Below are positions 28,886 to 37,711 of a stretch of DNA of 64,000 nt, piece by piece (within the stretch, counting starts at the first letter, position 1; each line of letters begins with the position of its first letter). Source of the DNA: Verrucomicrobiaceae bacterium (GTDB taxonomy: Bacteria > Verrucomicrobiota > Verrucomicrobiia > Verrucomicrobiales > Akkermansiaceae). The position numbers and the translations under genes are program-made. Location: NCBI GenBank assembly GCA_051252135.1, contig JBPOGH010000004.1:1-64000 (forward strand), read 5' to 3'. The notes below the pieces were generated by a model. That model saw only the letters and a program-made list of their open reading frames with translations. It ran no database searches and was not told the DNA's origin.

Positions 28886-30160
28886 ATGAACTGGGAGCTA
28901 TCAACATTTGGGAAAAATCTGTGCGAGGGAAGCGGGATTGGTGAGTTGATGGACGACTTGGGGGAGGCTTTGGCGAGTGGGGGGGATATGAAGATGTTGG
29001 GTGGCGGGCAACCGGCGCATGTGCCGGAGATGGATGCGGTGTGGCGTGAGCGGATGGCGGAGATCATGGCGGAGCCGGAGGCGCTGGAGAAGATGTTGGG
29101 AAATTATGATGTGCCGGCGGGTGGTGAGGGGTTCCGGAAGGCTTTGGCGGCGCTTTTCCGGAAGGAATTTGGCTGGGAGGTGACGCACGAAAACTTTGCG
29201 GTGACGATGGGTGGGCAGACGGCGTTTTTCTTTTTGTTCAACGCGTTGGCGGGGCGGTTCCCGGATGGGCGGCGGAAGAAGATTTTATTGCCCTTACTGC
29301 CGGAATACATCGGTTATGCGAATCAGGCGGTGGGGGAGGATTTTTTCGAGGCGATTCCGGCGCGGATTGAGAAGTTGGGGGAGCACTCGTTCAAATATCG
29401 GGTGGATTTTGAGGCGTTGGATCCGGGTGAGGATGTGGCGGCGATTTGTGTGTCACGGCCGACGAATCCTTCGGGGAATGTGCTGACGGATGGGGAGGTG
29501 GAGAAGCTGCGGGTGATTGCGCGGGAGCGGGGGATTCCCTTGATTATTGATAATGCCTACGGGGCGCCGTTTCCGAATGTGATCTTTTCGGAAGTGAATC
29601 CGGTGTGGGACGAGGAGATGATTTTGACGCTGAGTCTTTCGAAGATCGGTCTGCCGGGGACGCGGACGGGGATTGTGGTGGCGCGCAAGGAAGTGTGCCG
29701 CGCGGTGTCATCGATGACCTCGATTGTGGGGTTGGCGAATGGAAATATCGGGCAGGAGATCATGCGTCCGCTGATTGAGTCGGGCGAAGTGCTGCGGCTG
29801 AGCCGCGAGGTGGTGCGGCCGTTTTACGAGGGGAAATCGAAGCAGGCGCAGGAGTGGATTGCGGAGTCCTTCGGGGAGAAGTTTCCTTACTTTGTGCACC
29901 GGAGTGAAGGGGCGTTGTTTTTGTGGATCTGGTTTGAGGGGCTGCCGATCACGACGAAGGAACTTTACCAGCGTTTGAAGAAGCGGTGTGTGCTGATTGT
30001 GCCAGGGGAATATTTTTTCTTTGGGCTGCCGGAGGGGACGGATTGGCAGCACACGCGGGAGTGCATCCGGATGACTTACACGATGCCTCCCGAAGTGGTG
30101 GAGGCGGCGATTGAGATCATCGCGGATGAGGTGGAGAAGGCGTTTGGGGAAAAATCCTAG
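28886..30160 (+). CDS. avtA: valine--pyruvate transaminase
   Basis: SGIGELMDDL, MLGGG, PEYIGY, SRPTNPSGNV, IIDNAYG, SLSKIGLPG.RTG; start ATG 28886. Confidence 0.92.
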   Translation: MNWELSTFGKNLCEGSGIGELMDDLGEALASGGDMKMLGGGQPAHVPEMDAVWRERMAEIMAEPEALEKMLGNYDVPAGGEGFRKALAALFRKEFGWEVTHENFAVTMGGQTAFFFLFNALAGRFPDGRRKKILLPLLPEYIGYANQAVGEDFFEAIPARIEKLGEHSFKYRVDFEALDPGEDVAAICVSRPTNPSGNVLTDGEVEKLRVIARERGIPLIIDNAYGAPFPNVIFSEVNPVWDEEMILTLSLSKIGLPGTRTGIVVARKEVCRAVSSMTSIVGLANGNIGQEIMRPLIESGEVLRLSREVVRPFYEGKSKQAQEWIAESFGEKFPYFVHRSEGALFLWIWFEGLPITTKELYQRLKKRCVLIVPGEYFFFGLPEGTDWQHTRECIRMTYTMPPEVVEAAIEIIADEVEKAFGEKS

Positions 30161-30936
30161 TCGGTGACGGGCTTGCCGGTGGGGTCGATCTCGGTGAGAG
30201 TGACCATGAGGATGAGCTCGGTCTTGAAGGTGTAGGTGGACTTACCGGTGAAGGCGTTTTTGACGACCGGGATGTCGCCGAGGAAGGGGGCTTTGTCCTC
30301 GATGTTCTGGCTACGATCCGAGACGAGGCCGCCGAGGAGGATGGTTTGTCCGTTTTTTAGGGAGACGGTGGAGTTGATTCGGCGGGTGGCGAAGACGGGT
30401 TCCTGTTGGTCGTTTTCGAGTTCGCGGAAGCCGGTGAACTCCTTCACCTCGGCGAGGATGTTGGTTTCGACGGCCTGTTGTCCTTTGATGGAGCGGGCGA
30501 GGAGATGGTTGCTGACTCCGAGTTGCTCTTTTTTGATGTTGTCGGGATTTTTGGGATCGGGGTAGAGGAATTCGCGACCGATTTCGATTTTGGCGGTTTG
30601 TCCGTCGCGTGAAACAACGGTGGGGGTGGTCATGATGTCGACTCCTTTGCGTTGCGCAAATTTACGGAGGGCGACCTGCCGTTGGGTGTCGTTGAGGAAG
30701 GTCTGGTAGGGCTTGGTGGGGATGTTGGGATCGCCTTGCTCGTAGGTGATTTCGATGAAGCGGCATTCGAATTTGAATTGGCGTTTTGACCGGGGAGAGG
30801 AGCCCTTTGATTTGGTCCATGCGGGGAGAGGTTGGGCCGTTTCGACGGGGGTGGCTTCGGCTTGTTTGACCGGGGGTTGCTGGCAACTTGTTAGAGCGGC
30901 GAGGAGGGTGATGAGGATGGGACGTGGTGCGTTCAT
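30157..30936 (-). CDS. short secretin-domain lipoprotein (type II/III secretion system protein-like)
   Basis: lipobox LTS-C; TPTVVSRDGQTAKIEIG, GQTILLGGL, PFLGDIPVV..AF, KTELILMVT. Confidence 0.8.
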   Translation of the reverse strand: MNAPRPILITLLAALTSCQQPPVKQAEATPVETAQPLPAWTKSKGSSPRSKRQFKFECRFIEITYEQGDPNIPTKPYQTFLNDTQRQVALRKFAQRKGVDIMTTPTVVSRDGQTAKIEIGREFLYPDPKNPDNIKKEQLGVSNHLLARSIKGQQAVETNILAEVKEFTGFRELENDQQEPVFATRRINSTVSLKNGQTILLGGLVSDRSQNIEDKAPFLGDIPVVKNAFTGKSTYTFKTELILMVTLTEIDPTGKPVTD

Positions 30937-31028
30937 TTTGGGATTGTAGGTATTGGGTAGCGGTATGGGTTGGAGGATTTGTTTTTTCCGGCTTGGGAAA
31001 TGTTAGAGGGAGTGTGAAAGTTGGGGCG

Positions 31029-32231
31029 ATGAGTTTGCCGAAGGTGCTGGTGTTGGGAACGGGAGAGTATGTCACGGGCTTCGTGAATGGGGCCGAGAGT
31101 TCTTCGGACAAGGGTGCGGGGGTGGTGGGGGTGACGCTCTTTGATTTGAGGCAGCGGGGGTTGGTGGGGGAAGTTTTGATGGCGGGGACGCAGGGGGTGA
31201 AGTTTCCGGCGGTGAGGGCGCATCTGGAGACGGTGGTGGGTGAGCGGTATGGGATGGAGGTGGGCTTTCGTTCGTTTCCGGGGGATGAGGTGGAACGGGA
31301 CGGGGAGGCTTGGAAGGCGGGGATGGATGAGTTGGAAGCGGGGGATGTGGTGATGGTGTTTACGCCGGATGATTTGCATTTCGAGATGGCGCGGGAGGCG
31401 GTGGAGCGTGGTCTGCATGTGTTGGTGGCGAAGCCGATTGTGAAGACGGTGGCGGAGCATGAGGAGCTGGCGCGGAAAGCGGAAGAAAAGGGACTGCTGG
31501 TGGCGATGGAGGTGCACAAGCGGTGGGATCCGATTTATGCGGATGCGCGGGAACGGATTCGGGGTCTCGGTGATTTTTCGTACTTCCAGTCGTATATGAG
31601 TCAGCCGAAATCGCAGCTGGAGAGTTTTCGGGCGTGGGCGGGGAAGGCGAGTGACATCAGTTATTATTTGAATGCGCATCACATTGATTTCCATGTGTGG
31701 GCGATGGAGGGGGTGGCGCGGCCGGTGTCGGTGGTGGCATCGGGATCCACGGGGGTGGCGGAAGGGATGGGGATTGCGACGGAGGATTCGATCACCCTGA
31801 TGGTGGATTGGGTGCACGAGGGGTCGGGGAACCGGGGGACGGCGGTGTATACCTCGGCGTGGAGTGCGCCGAAGGCGGAGGTGCACTCGCAGCAGAAATT
31901 CAGCTGTCTGAGCCATGGTGGCGAGGTGCGGGTGGATCAGGCGCACCGGGGGTATGAGGTGGCGACGGATGGGGCGGGCTATGCGACGCCGAATCCGCTT
32001 TTTATGCGTTATCTGCCGAACGGGCAGGGCGGGTTTGCGGGGCAGGGGGCGTATGGTTACGCGAGCATTGCGGCCTTTGTGGAGGCTGCGAGATCGGTGC
32101 GGGCGGGGGAGTCGCGGGCGGAGGATTGGGAGTCGCGGCTGGCGACGGTGAAGGGGACGAAGGCGGTGACGGCGATTCTGGAAGCGGGGAGGAAGAGTCT
32201 GGATGGGGGAGGGGTCAGGATTGATCTCTAA
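31029..32231 (+). CDS. Gfo/Idh/MocA oxidoreductase, fungal GaaA (D-galacturonate reductase)-like
   Basis: GTGEYVTG, SDKGAGVVGVTLFDLR, HKRWDP.Y.DAR, YMSQPKSQL..F.AWAG..SDISYYLN.HH; start ATG 31029. Confidence 0.85.
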   Translation: MSLPKVLVLGTGEYVTGFVNGAESSSDKGAGVVGVTLFDLRQRGLVGEVLMAGTQGVKFPAVRAHLETVVGERYGMEVGFRSFPGDEVERDGEAWKAGMDELEAGDVVMVFTPDDLHFEMAREAVERGLHVLVAKPIVKTVAEHEELARKAEEKGLLVAMEVHKRWDPIYADARERIRGLGDFSYFQSYMSQPKSQLESFRAWAGKASDISYYLNAHHIDFHVWAMEGVARPVSVVASGSTGVAEGMGIATEDSITLMVDWVHEGSGNRGTAVYTSAWSAPKAEVHSQQKFSCLSHGGEVRVDQAHRGYEVATDGAGYATPNPLFMRYLPNGQGGFAGQGAYGYASIAAFVEAARSVRAGESRAEDWESRLATVKGTKAVTAILEAGRKSLDGGGVRIDL

Positions 32232-33379
32232 CGGACGAGGGGATTGACGGGAAAGTTGGTGCGGCGGGAGGGGTTGTCGGGGACGACGATGGTGGATTCC
32301 TTTTTTGGGGTCTGTTCGGTGGTTTGTTCCTGGAAGTGTTTGAGGAGGGTGGAGGTGCGGTCGTGGTCGTGGAGGAGGAGTTTTGATTGTCGGGTGGAGC
32401 TGAAGCGATCGGAGAGGTCGAGGTAGGTGACGTTGACTTGCTGAAGGCTTTGGAGGGAGGTGCCGGAGATTTCCTTGGCGAGGATGCGGCGGTGTTGTTT
32501 GAGGGTGTCGGCCTCGGCTTTGATTTCGGGGGATTTTTCGAGGGAGGAGATTTGGGAGGCGATGTTTTCGGCGAGGTCGGGGGGGAGGAGTTTGGCGTAG
32601 GGTTGGGTGCGGAGTTCGCGGAGGCGGGCCCAGCGGTCGATGGGATCGAGGGAGCGGGCGTTTTCGAGCGCGTTGAGCATTTGTTGGCGGGCTTCATCCC
32701 GGAGGGAGTCGGGGCCCTGGCGTTGGATGTTGAGCCATTGGCGGAGGGCGGTGGAGCCATCCTTGGGGAAGGCGTGAGCGAGAGTGGGCCAGACTTCGAG
32801 GTCGGTTGTGCCGCCGAGGGAGCGGTGGTGGGTGATGGCTTTGAGGGCGAAGGGGTAGTTGCCATCGAGGCGGCCGATGCCGATGAAGACGGGTTTTTTG
32901 GTGGCGTAGCGGGTGAGTGGCTGGGGGGCTTTGTGGAGATGGCCGGCGCCGAGGATGGCTCCGCCGGTGACGGTGCGTTCGTGCTGGAGGAGGAGGTCGG
33001 TGATCCAGCCGCCTTTGGAGAATCCGGAGAGGTAGACTTTTTGGGGATCGAGGGAATAGTTGGTGAGGAGGTGCTTGCGGACGGCGTGGTAGAGTCCGAG
33101 TTCGCGGGCGAAATTTTGGGGAGTGAGTTGGAGTTGTCCGGCTTGGGCGTAGGCCATGCCGACGACGATCCAGCCTTGGTCATCGGTGTGTTGTCGGATG
33201 AGTTGGGTGTCGGGGGTGCCGTTGGTGCCGTGGTAGTGGAAGATGGCGGGGTGCTTTTTGGCGGGGTCGAAATTTTCCGGAAGGAAGACCTGGATGGGGT
33301 GTTGGATTTCCTTGAATCTGAGTTCGAGGATTTTGGCGTGGGCGGGGAGGATGAGGGCCAGGAGGAGAAGGAAGCGCAT
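32228..33379 (-). CDS. secreted alpha/beta hydrolase (esterase-like)
   Basis: signal peptide MRFLLLLAL (ATG 33379); YHGTNG, GFSKGG nucleophile elbow, D and H candidates. Confidence 0.75.
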   Translation of the reverse strand: MRFLLLLALILPAHAKILELRFKEIQHPIQVFLPENFDPAKKHPAIFHYHGTNGTPDTQLIRQHTDDQGWIVVGMAYAQAGQLQLTPQNFARELGLYHAVRKHLLTNYSLDPQKVYLSGFSKGGWITDLLLQHERTVTGGAILGAGHLHKAPQPLTRYATKKPVFIGIGRLDGNYPFALKAITHHRSLGGTTDLEVWPTLAHAFPKDGSTALRQWLNIQRQGPDSLRDEARQQMLNALENARSLDPIDRWARLRELRTQPYAKLLPPDLAENIASQISSLEKSPEIKAEADTLKQHRRILAKEISGTSLQSLQQVNVTYLDLSDRFSSTRQSKLLLHDHDRTSTLLKHFQEQTTEQTPKKESTIVVPDNPSRRTNFPVNPLVR

Positions 33380-33460
33380 GAGGGCGAGATGGTGGACCAG
33401 GATGGGTCCGGAGAGAATGAGGAAATTGGGCTGGGAAAGGGTGGCGGGTGCGGTGAGTTT

Positions 33461-34372
33461 GTGGGGGTGACGATTGAGGTGATTGGTTTTGGGTTGGCGG
33501 GTGCTTGTGTGGCGCTGCGGGCGCAGGAGCGTGGGCTGAAGGTGCGGGTGGTGGATGACGGGGTGGGTGGGAGCACCGAGGTGGCGGCGGGGTTGGTGAA
33601 TCCGGTGGCGGGTCGGAATTTTCAGCCGAGCTGGATGGTGCGGGAGTATTGGGCGGAGGCCTTGCCCTTTTATGAGGAGCTGGATGGGGAGATGTATCAT
33701 GCGGTGCCGATTTTGAGGAAGTGGATCGATGGGAAGGATCGGGCGAAATTTGAGAAGAAGCGTGAGGTAGTGGCGGATTGGGTGGATGAGGTGAGTGAGG
33801 AGGGGGTGTTGTGGAAGGGGGGCGGTTGGCTGGAGACGCGGCGGTTTCTGGCGGTGGCGCGGGAGCGGTTTCTGGCGCGGGGCGGCGTGATTTCTGCGGA
33901 GCAGGGGGAGGCGGAGGTGCGGGTGTGGTGCACGGGAGCGCGGGGGTTGATTCGGGAGGAGTTCGAGGGGGTGGCGCACCGGAGTGCGAAGGGGGAGATT
34001 TTGACGGTGCGGGTGCCGGGGTGGGGTGAGGAGCGGATTTTGAATCGGAGCGGGTGGTTGATTCCGATTGGGGGGGATTGTTATCGGGTGGGGGCAACTT
34101 ATGAATGGGATGGGCTGGAGACGGGGCCCTCGGAGAAGGGGCGGGCGCGGGTGGAGGAGATATTGCGGAGTTTTACGGATCGGGAGTATGAGGTGGTGGG
34201 GCATGTGGCTGGAATCAGGCCGATCATTCAGCAGAGTCGGCCGGTGACGGTTTATGAAGAGGGGAAGGGATGGATGTTGAACGGGTTGGGATCGAAGGGG
34301 GTGATTTATGCGCCGGGGGTGGCGCGGGAGTTGGTGGAGAAGGTGGTTTCCCAATGGGGCGCGGGAGGTTAG
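33461..34372 (+). CDS. FAD-dependent oxidoreductase (DAO/glycine oxidase family)
   Basis: VIGFGLAG, STEVAAGLVNP, KGEIL, VGATY, AGIRP, NGLGSKG; GTG start at 33461 or 33467. Confidence 0.85.
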   Translation: MGVTIEVIGFGLAGACVALRAQERGLKVRVVDDGVGGSTEVAAGLVNPVAGRNFQPSWMVREYWAEALPFYEELDGEMYHAVPILRKWIDGKDRAKFEKKREVVADWVDEVSEEGVLWKGGGWLETRRFLAVARERFLARGGVISAEQGEAEVRVWCTGARGLIREEFEGVAHRSAKGEILTVRVPGWGEERILNRSGWLIPIGGDCYRVGATYEWDGLETGPSEKGRARVEEILRSFTDREYEVVGHVAGIRPIIQQSRPVTVYEEGKGWMLNGLGSKGVIYAPGVARELVEKVVSQWGAGG

Positions 34373-34385
34373 GGTCGGGCAAGCG

Positions 34386-35606
34386 ATGGCGCAGAAAAAC
34401 GACGAGCTGGAAAAATGGGCGATGGATGTGATCTCCGGGAAGGCGCGTGGGGTGGGTCCGACGGCGCTGCGTTTTTTTCTGCGCGGGGTGTCGGTGCTTT
34501 ACAAGGTGGGGGTGAAGACGCGGCTCCGTCTTTTCCGCAAGGGATGGAAGGAGCAGCATGATTTGGGGACGATGGTGGTGAGTATTGGGAATTTGACAGT
34601 GGGGGGAACGGGGAAGACTCCGGTGGTGGAGCGGTTTGCGCGGGAGCTGAGTGAGCGCGGGCGGAAGGTGGCGATCTTGAGTCGGGGGTATAAGAGTGCG
34701 GAGTTGAAGAGTCCGCAGAAGTGGATTCATCCGGAGTCGGGGGCGCGGGTGACGAGTCCGCCGAAGATTGTGAGTGACGGGATGAAGGTGCATCTGAAGG
34801 CGCGTTATGCGGGGGATGAGCCTTATATGTTGGCGAAGAATCTGCCGGGCGTGGCGGTGGTGGTGGATAAGGACCGGGTGCGGGGTGGTCGGTTTGCGGT
34901 GAAGGAGCTGGGGGTGGACACGTTGTTGCTGGATGACGGGATGCAGTATCTTGATTTGGCCCACTCGCTGGATGTGGTGCTGGTGGACCAGGGGTCGCCT
35001 TTTGGGATGAAGGGAATTTTGCCGAGGGGGACGCTGCGGGAGCCGCCGAGGAATCTGAAGCGGGCGGATTATGTGTTCATCACGAAGTGTGACGGGTCGT
35101 CAAACGAGCAGCTGCGGAAGCGGATCACGCGGTATAATCCGAATGCGGAGATTATGGAGTGCACGCACGGGCCGAAGCATGTTCAGGGTGTTTTTCATGA
35201 TGAGGTGCTGCCGCTGGAGGAGATGGATGGGAAGTATGTCGCGGCGATCTCGGGGATTGCGGTGCCGAAGAGCTTTGACAAGTTGTTGAAGGGGTTGGGG
35301 GCGAAGGTGCTTTTTCACACGACCTTTGCCGATCATCACGCGTTTACCCAGGATGACATTGACCGGTTTATGACGCGGTGTGTGAACCGGGGGGTGGAGA
35401 TGATTATTACGACGGAGAAGGATGCGGTGCGTTTTCCGGTGCCGAGTGAGGCGGATGTGCCGGTGTTTTACCTGAGGATTGAGGTGAAGATTCTGGAAGG
35501 GGAGGAGGTGTGGGAGCGCTGTGTGGAGCGAATTGCGCAGCGGGTGGCGAAGGCACCGGAGGATTGGACCGAGGAACGTTTATTGGTAGGAGATGTGGTG
35601 GCATGA
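34386..35606 (+). CDS. lpxK: tetraacyldisaccharide 4'-kinase
   Basis: [45 protein letters not shown]. Confidence 0.96.
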   Translation: MAQKNDELEKWAMDVISGKARGVGPTALRFFLRGVSVLYKVGVKTRLRLFRKGWKEQHDLGTMVVSIGNLTVGGTGKTPVVERFARELSERGRKVAILSRGYKSAELKSPQKWIHPESGARVTSPPKIVSDGMKVHLKARYAGDEPYMLAKNLPGVAVVVDKDRVRGGRFAVKELGVDTLLLDDGMQYLDLAHSLDVVLVDQGSPFGMKGILPRGTLREPPRNLKRADYVFITKCDGSSNEQLRKRITRYNPNAEIMECTHGPKHVQGVFHDEVLPLEEMDGKYVAAISGIAVPKSFDKLLKGLGAKVLFHTTFADHHAFTQDDIDRFMTRCVNRGVEMIITTEKDAVRFPVPSEADVPVFYLRIEVKILEGEEVWERCVERIAQRVAKAPEDWTEERLLVGDVVA

Positions 35607-36244
35607 AGTGTTTATTGATATTGATGGCGGGTGTTTCGGTGGCGTATGCGGGGACGATGGCGGAGCCGATGGTGTTGAAGGCGGAGGCGCTGAAGGAGTT
35701 TGCGGAGCTTTCGAAGGAGCGAAAAAAGGTGATTTCCGATGCGCTGGAGATGGCGCGGAAGAATCAGGGATTTCGTTACAAGTTTGGCGGGGCGAGTCCG
35801 AAGGCGGGTGGTTTTGATTGTTCGGGAGCGATGTATTATTTGCTGCGGAAGTCGGAGTTGAAGCCCCCGAGGACGTCTTCCCAGCAATATGTGTGGGTTC
35901 GGGATGCGAAGGAGCTGACGACAGTTCCGCGATCGGTAAAGAAAGTGGACGATGCGGTTTTTGAGAAGATGCTTCCGGGTGACCTTTTGTTTTGGAGTGG
36001 AACGTATGCTCCGACGGACGGGCGGACGGTGAAGATCACGCATGTGGGGATGTATTTGGGGACGGAGAAGAAGGACGGGCGTCCGGTGATGATCTGTGCG
36101 ACGCGGGGGCGGAGTTACCGGGGGGTGCAGCGTGACGGGTTCGGGGTGTATGATTTTCGGATTCCTTCGAGCAAGAGCCGGTCGAAGTTTGAGGGGTATG
36201 GTCCGCCACCGGGATTGGATAAAAAAGGTGGTGAAACGGAATGA
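35603..36244 (+). CDS. NlpC/P60 family peptidase
   Basis: YKFGG, GFDCSG, PRTS, PGDLLFW, ITHVGMYLG; ATGA overlap with the lpxK stop. Confidence 0.9.
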   Translation: MKCLLILMAGVSVAYAGTMAEPMVLKAEALKEFAELSKERKKVISDALEMARKNQGFRYKFGGASPKAGGFDCSGAMYYLLRKSELKPPRTSSQQYVWVRDAKELTTVPRSVKKVDDAVFEKMLPGDLLFWSGTYAPTDGRTVKITHVGMYLGTEKKDGRPVMICATRGRSYRGVQRDGFGVYDFRIPSSKSRSKFEGYGPPPGLDKKGGETE

Positions 36245-36263
36245 AGGATGCTCCTGTGTGTCT

Positions 36264-37256
36264 ATGAACGATCGACTTGGCAGACCTTTGCGTGATTTGC
36301 GCCTGTCGTTGACGGATCGGTGTAACTTCCGGTGTCGTTATTGCATGCCGGTGGAGGTGTTTGGGCCGGGGTATCAATTTTTGCCGCGGGAGGAAATTTT
36401 GACCTTTGGGGAGATGGTGCGGATTGTGCGTGCGGGGGTGGCGATGGGGGTGGGCAAGGTGCGGCTGACGGGCGGGGAGCCGCTGTTGAGACGGGGGGTG
36501 GAGGATTTGGTGGCTCTGATTTCAGCGGTCGACGGGGTGGAGGATTTGGCGATGACGACGAACGGGATTTTGTTGGGGCATCATGCGGAGGGGTTGCAGA
36601 TGGCGGGATTGAATCGGGTGACGGTGAGTCTGGATGCCATCGATCCGGAGATTTTCGCGAAGATGAACGGGGTGGGAGCGAAGGTGGAGCGGGTGCTGAA
36701 GGGAATCAATGCGGCGCAGAACTTCGGTCTGCCGGTGAAGGTGAACATGGTGGTGCAGAAGGGGGTGAACGATCAGGAGATTTTACCGATGTTACGTTGG
36801 GCGCGTGAGGCGAAGGTGACGTTGCGATTTATCGAATATATGGATGTGGGGGAGAGCAACGGATGGCAGAAGAAGGATGTGGTGTCTGCGGCGGAGATTG
36901 TGTCATTGATCGAGGGTGAATTTTCCTGTGTGCCGGTTGAGGAGAGTTATCGGGGCGAGGTGGCGAAGCGTTGGAAATTTGAGGATGGGGAGGGAGAGTT
37001 CGGGGTGATTTCATCGGTGACGCAGCCGTTCTGCGGTGATTGTTCGCGCCTCCGGGTATCGGCGGAAGGACGGAGCCATACCTGCCTCTTTTCCAGTGAA
37101 GGGCGGGACCTCCGCGCGGTGTTGCGAAGCGGAGCGAGCGATGAGGAATTGATTGGATTTCTATCCGGGACCTGGCGGGAGCGGACGGATCGCTACTCGG
37201 AGGAGCGAGGTGAAATTCAAAGAACGAAAGCCGAGATGAGTTATCTCGGGGGATAA
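36264..37256 (+). CDS. moaA: GTP 3',8-cyclase (radical SAM, molybdenum cofactor biosynthesis)
   Basis: LRLSLTDRCNFRCRYCMP, FC.DCSRLR...C, C-terminal MSYLGG. Confidence 0.97.
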   Translation: MNDRLGRPLRDLRLSLTDRCNFRCRYCMPVEVFGPGYQFLPREEILTFGEMVRIVRAGVAMGVGKVRLTGGEPLLRRGVEDLVALISAVDGVEDLAMTTNGILLGHHAEGLQMAGLNRVTVSLDAIDPEIFAKMNGVGAKVERVLKGINAAQNFGLPVKVNMVVQKGVNDQEILPMLRWAREAKVTLRFIEYMDVGESNGWQKKDVVSAAEIVSLIEGEFSCVPVEESYRGEVAKRWKFEDGEGEFGVISSVTQPFCGDCSRLRVSAEGRSHTCLFSSEGRDLRAVLRSGASDEELIGFLSGTWRERTDRYSEERGEIQRTKAEMSYLGG

Positions 37257-37286
37257 AAAAAGCCCTCCGTAGGGGCGGAGGGCTTT
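37255..37286. terminator. terminator between convergent genes (T-run on the minus strand; possibly bidirectional)
   Basis: A-run, then GCCCTCCG-TAGGGG-CGGAGGGC, then TTT. Confidence 0.85.
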
Positions 37287-37311
37287 GTTAAAGTTAGGAT
37301 TGGGGGGGCAA

Positions 37312-37617
37312 TCAGAGCTTGGCCTTGGCCTTGGCGTACTTCTTTTGAAGATTGGCAAGGTGGGCTTCGGTGTTTGCGATTTCTGCAGCCAGGGAGGTAA
37401 GCTCCTGAAGTGCTTTGAGTTCCTTGGATGAGGCGCCTCCTGCGATGGTCGAGATACCGCCGGCTTTCTTTTTCCAGGAATTGATGGTGGCAGCAGTTAC
37501 GCTGAACTTTTTAACTGCCTTTGTTTGACCACCGCGGCCTTCGGCTGCGATGAAATCAAGTATTTCCTTTTTTTGAGCGTCGGAATAGCGCTTTGCTTTT
37601 GCTTTTTGTTTAGCCAT
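37312..37617 (-). CDS. small basic HTH protein with C-terminal coiled coil
   Basis: KRYSDAQKKEIL...AVKKFSVTAATINSWKKK HTH pattern; Lys/Ala-rich. Confidence 0.8.
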   Translation of the reverse strand: MAKQKAKAKRYSDAQKKEILDFIAAEGRGGQTKAVKKFSVTAATINSWKKKAGGISTIAGGASSKELKALQELTSLAAEIANTEAHLANLQKKYAKAKAKL

Positions 37618-37711
37618 ACGGTCCGAACGTTTATGAACGAACGAGTTAGGTCAATGTTAATTAGTGCAACTTATCATCGAAAGAGATAAGGATAGTTAAC
37701 TTTTTAGTTTT

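Noticed and set aside
32228..34372. 708-aa and 661-aa overlapping ORFs as a giant bidirectional overlap
   Set aside because: Real starts at 33379 (-) and about 33461 (+) give two ordinary divergent genes; the extensions are shadow sequence.
36200..36263. Moco riboswitch upstream of moaA
   Set aside because: Only 19 bp separate moaA from the upstream gene, leaving no room or recognisable motif.
37312..37617. IS3-family transposase fragment
   Set aside because: No integrase-core ORF, terminal inverted repeats or target duplication are seen nearby.
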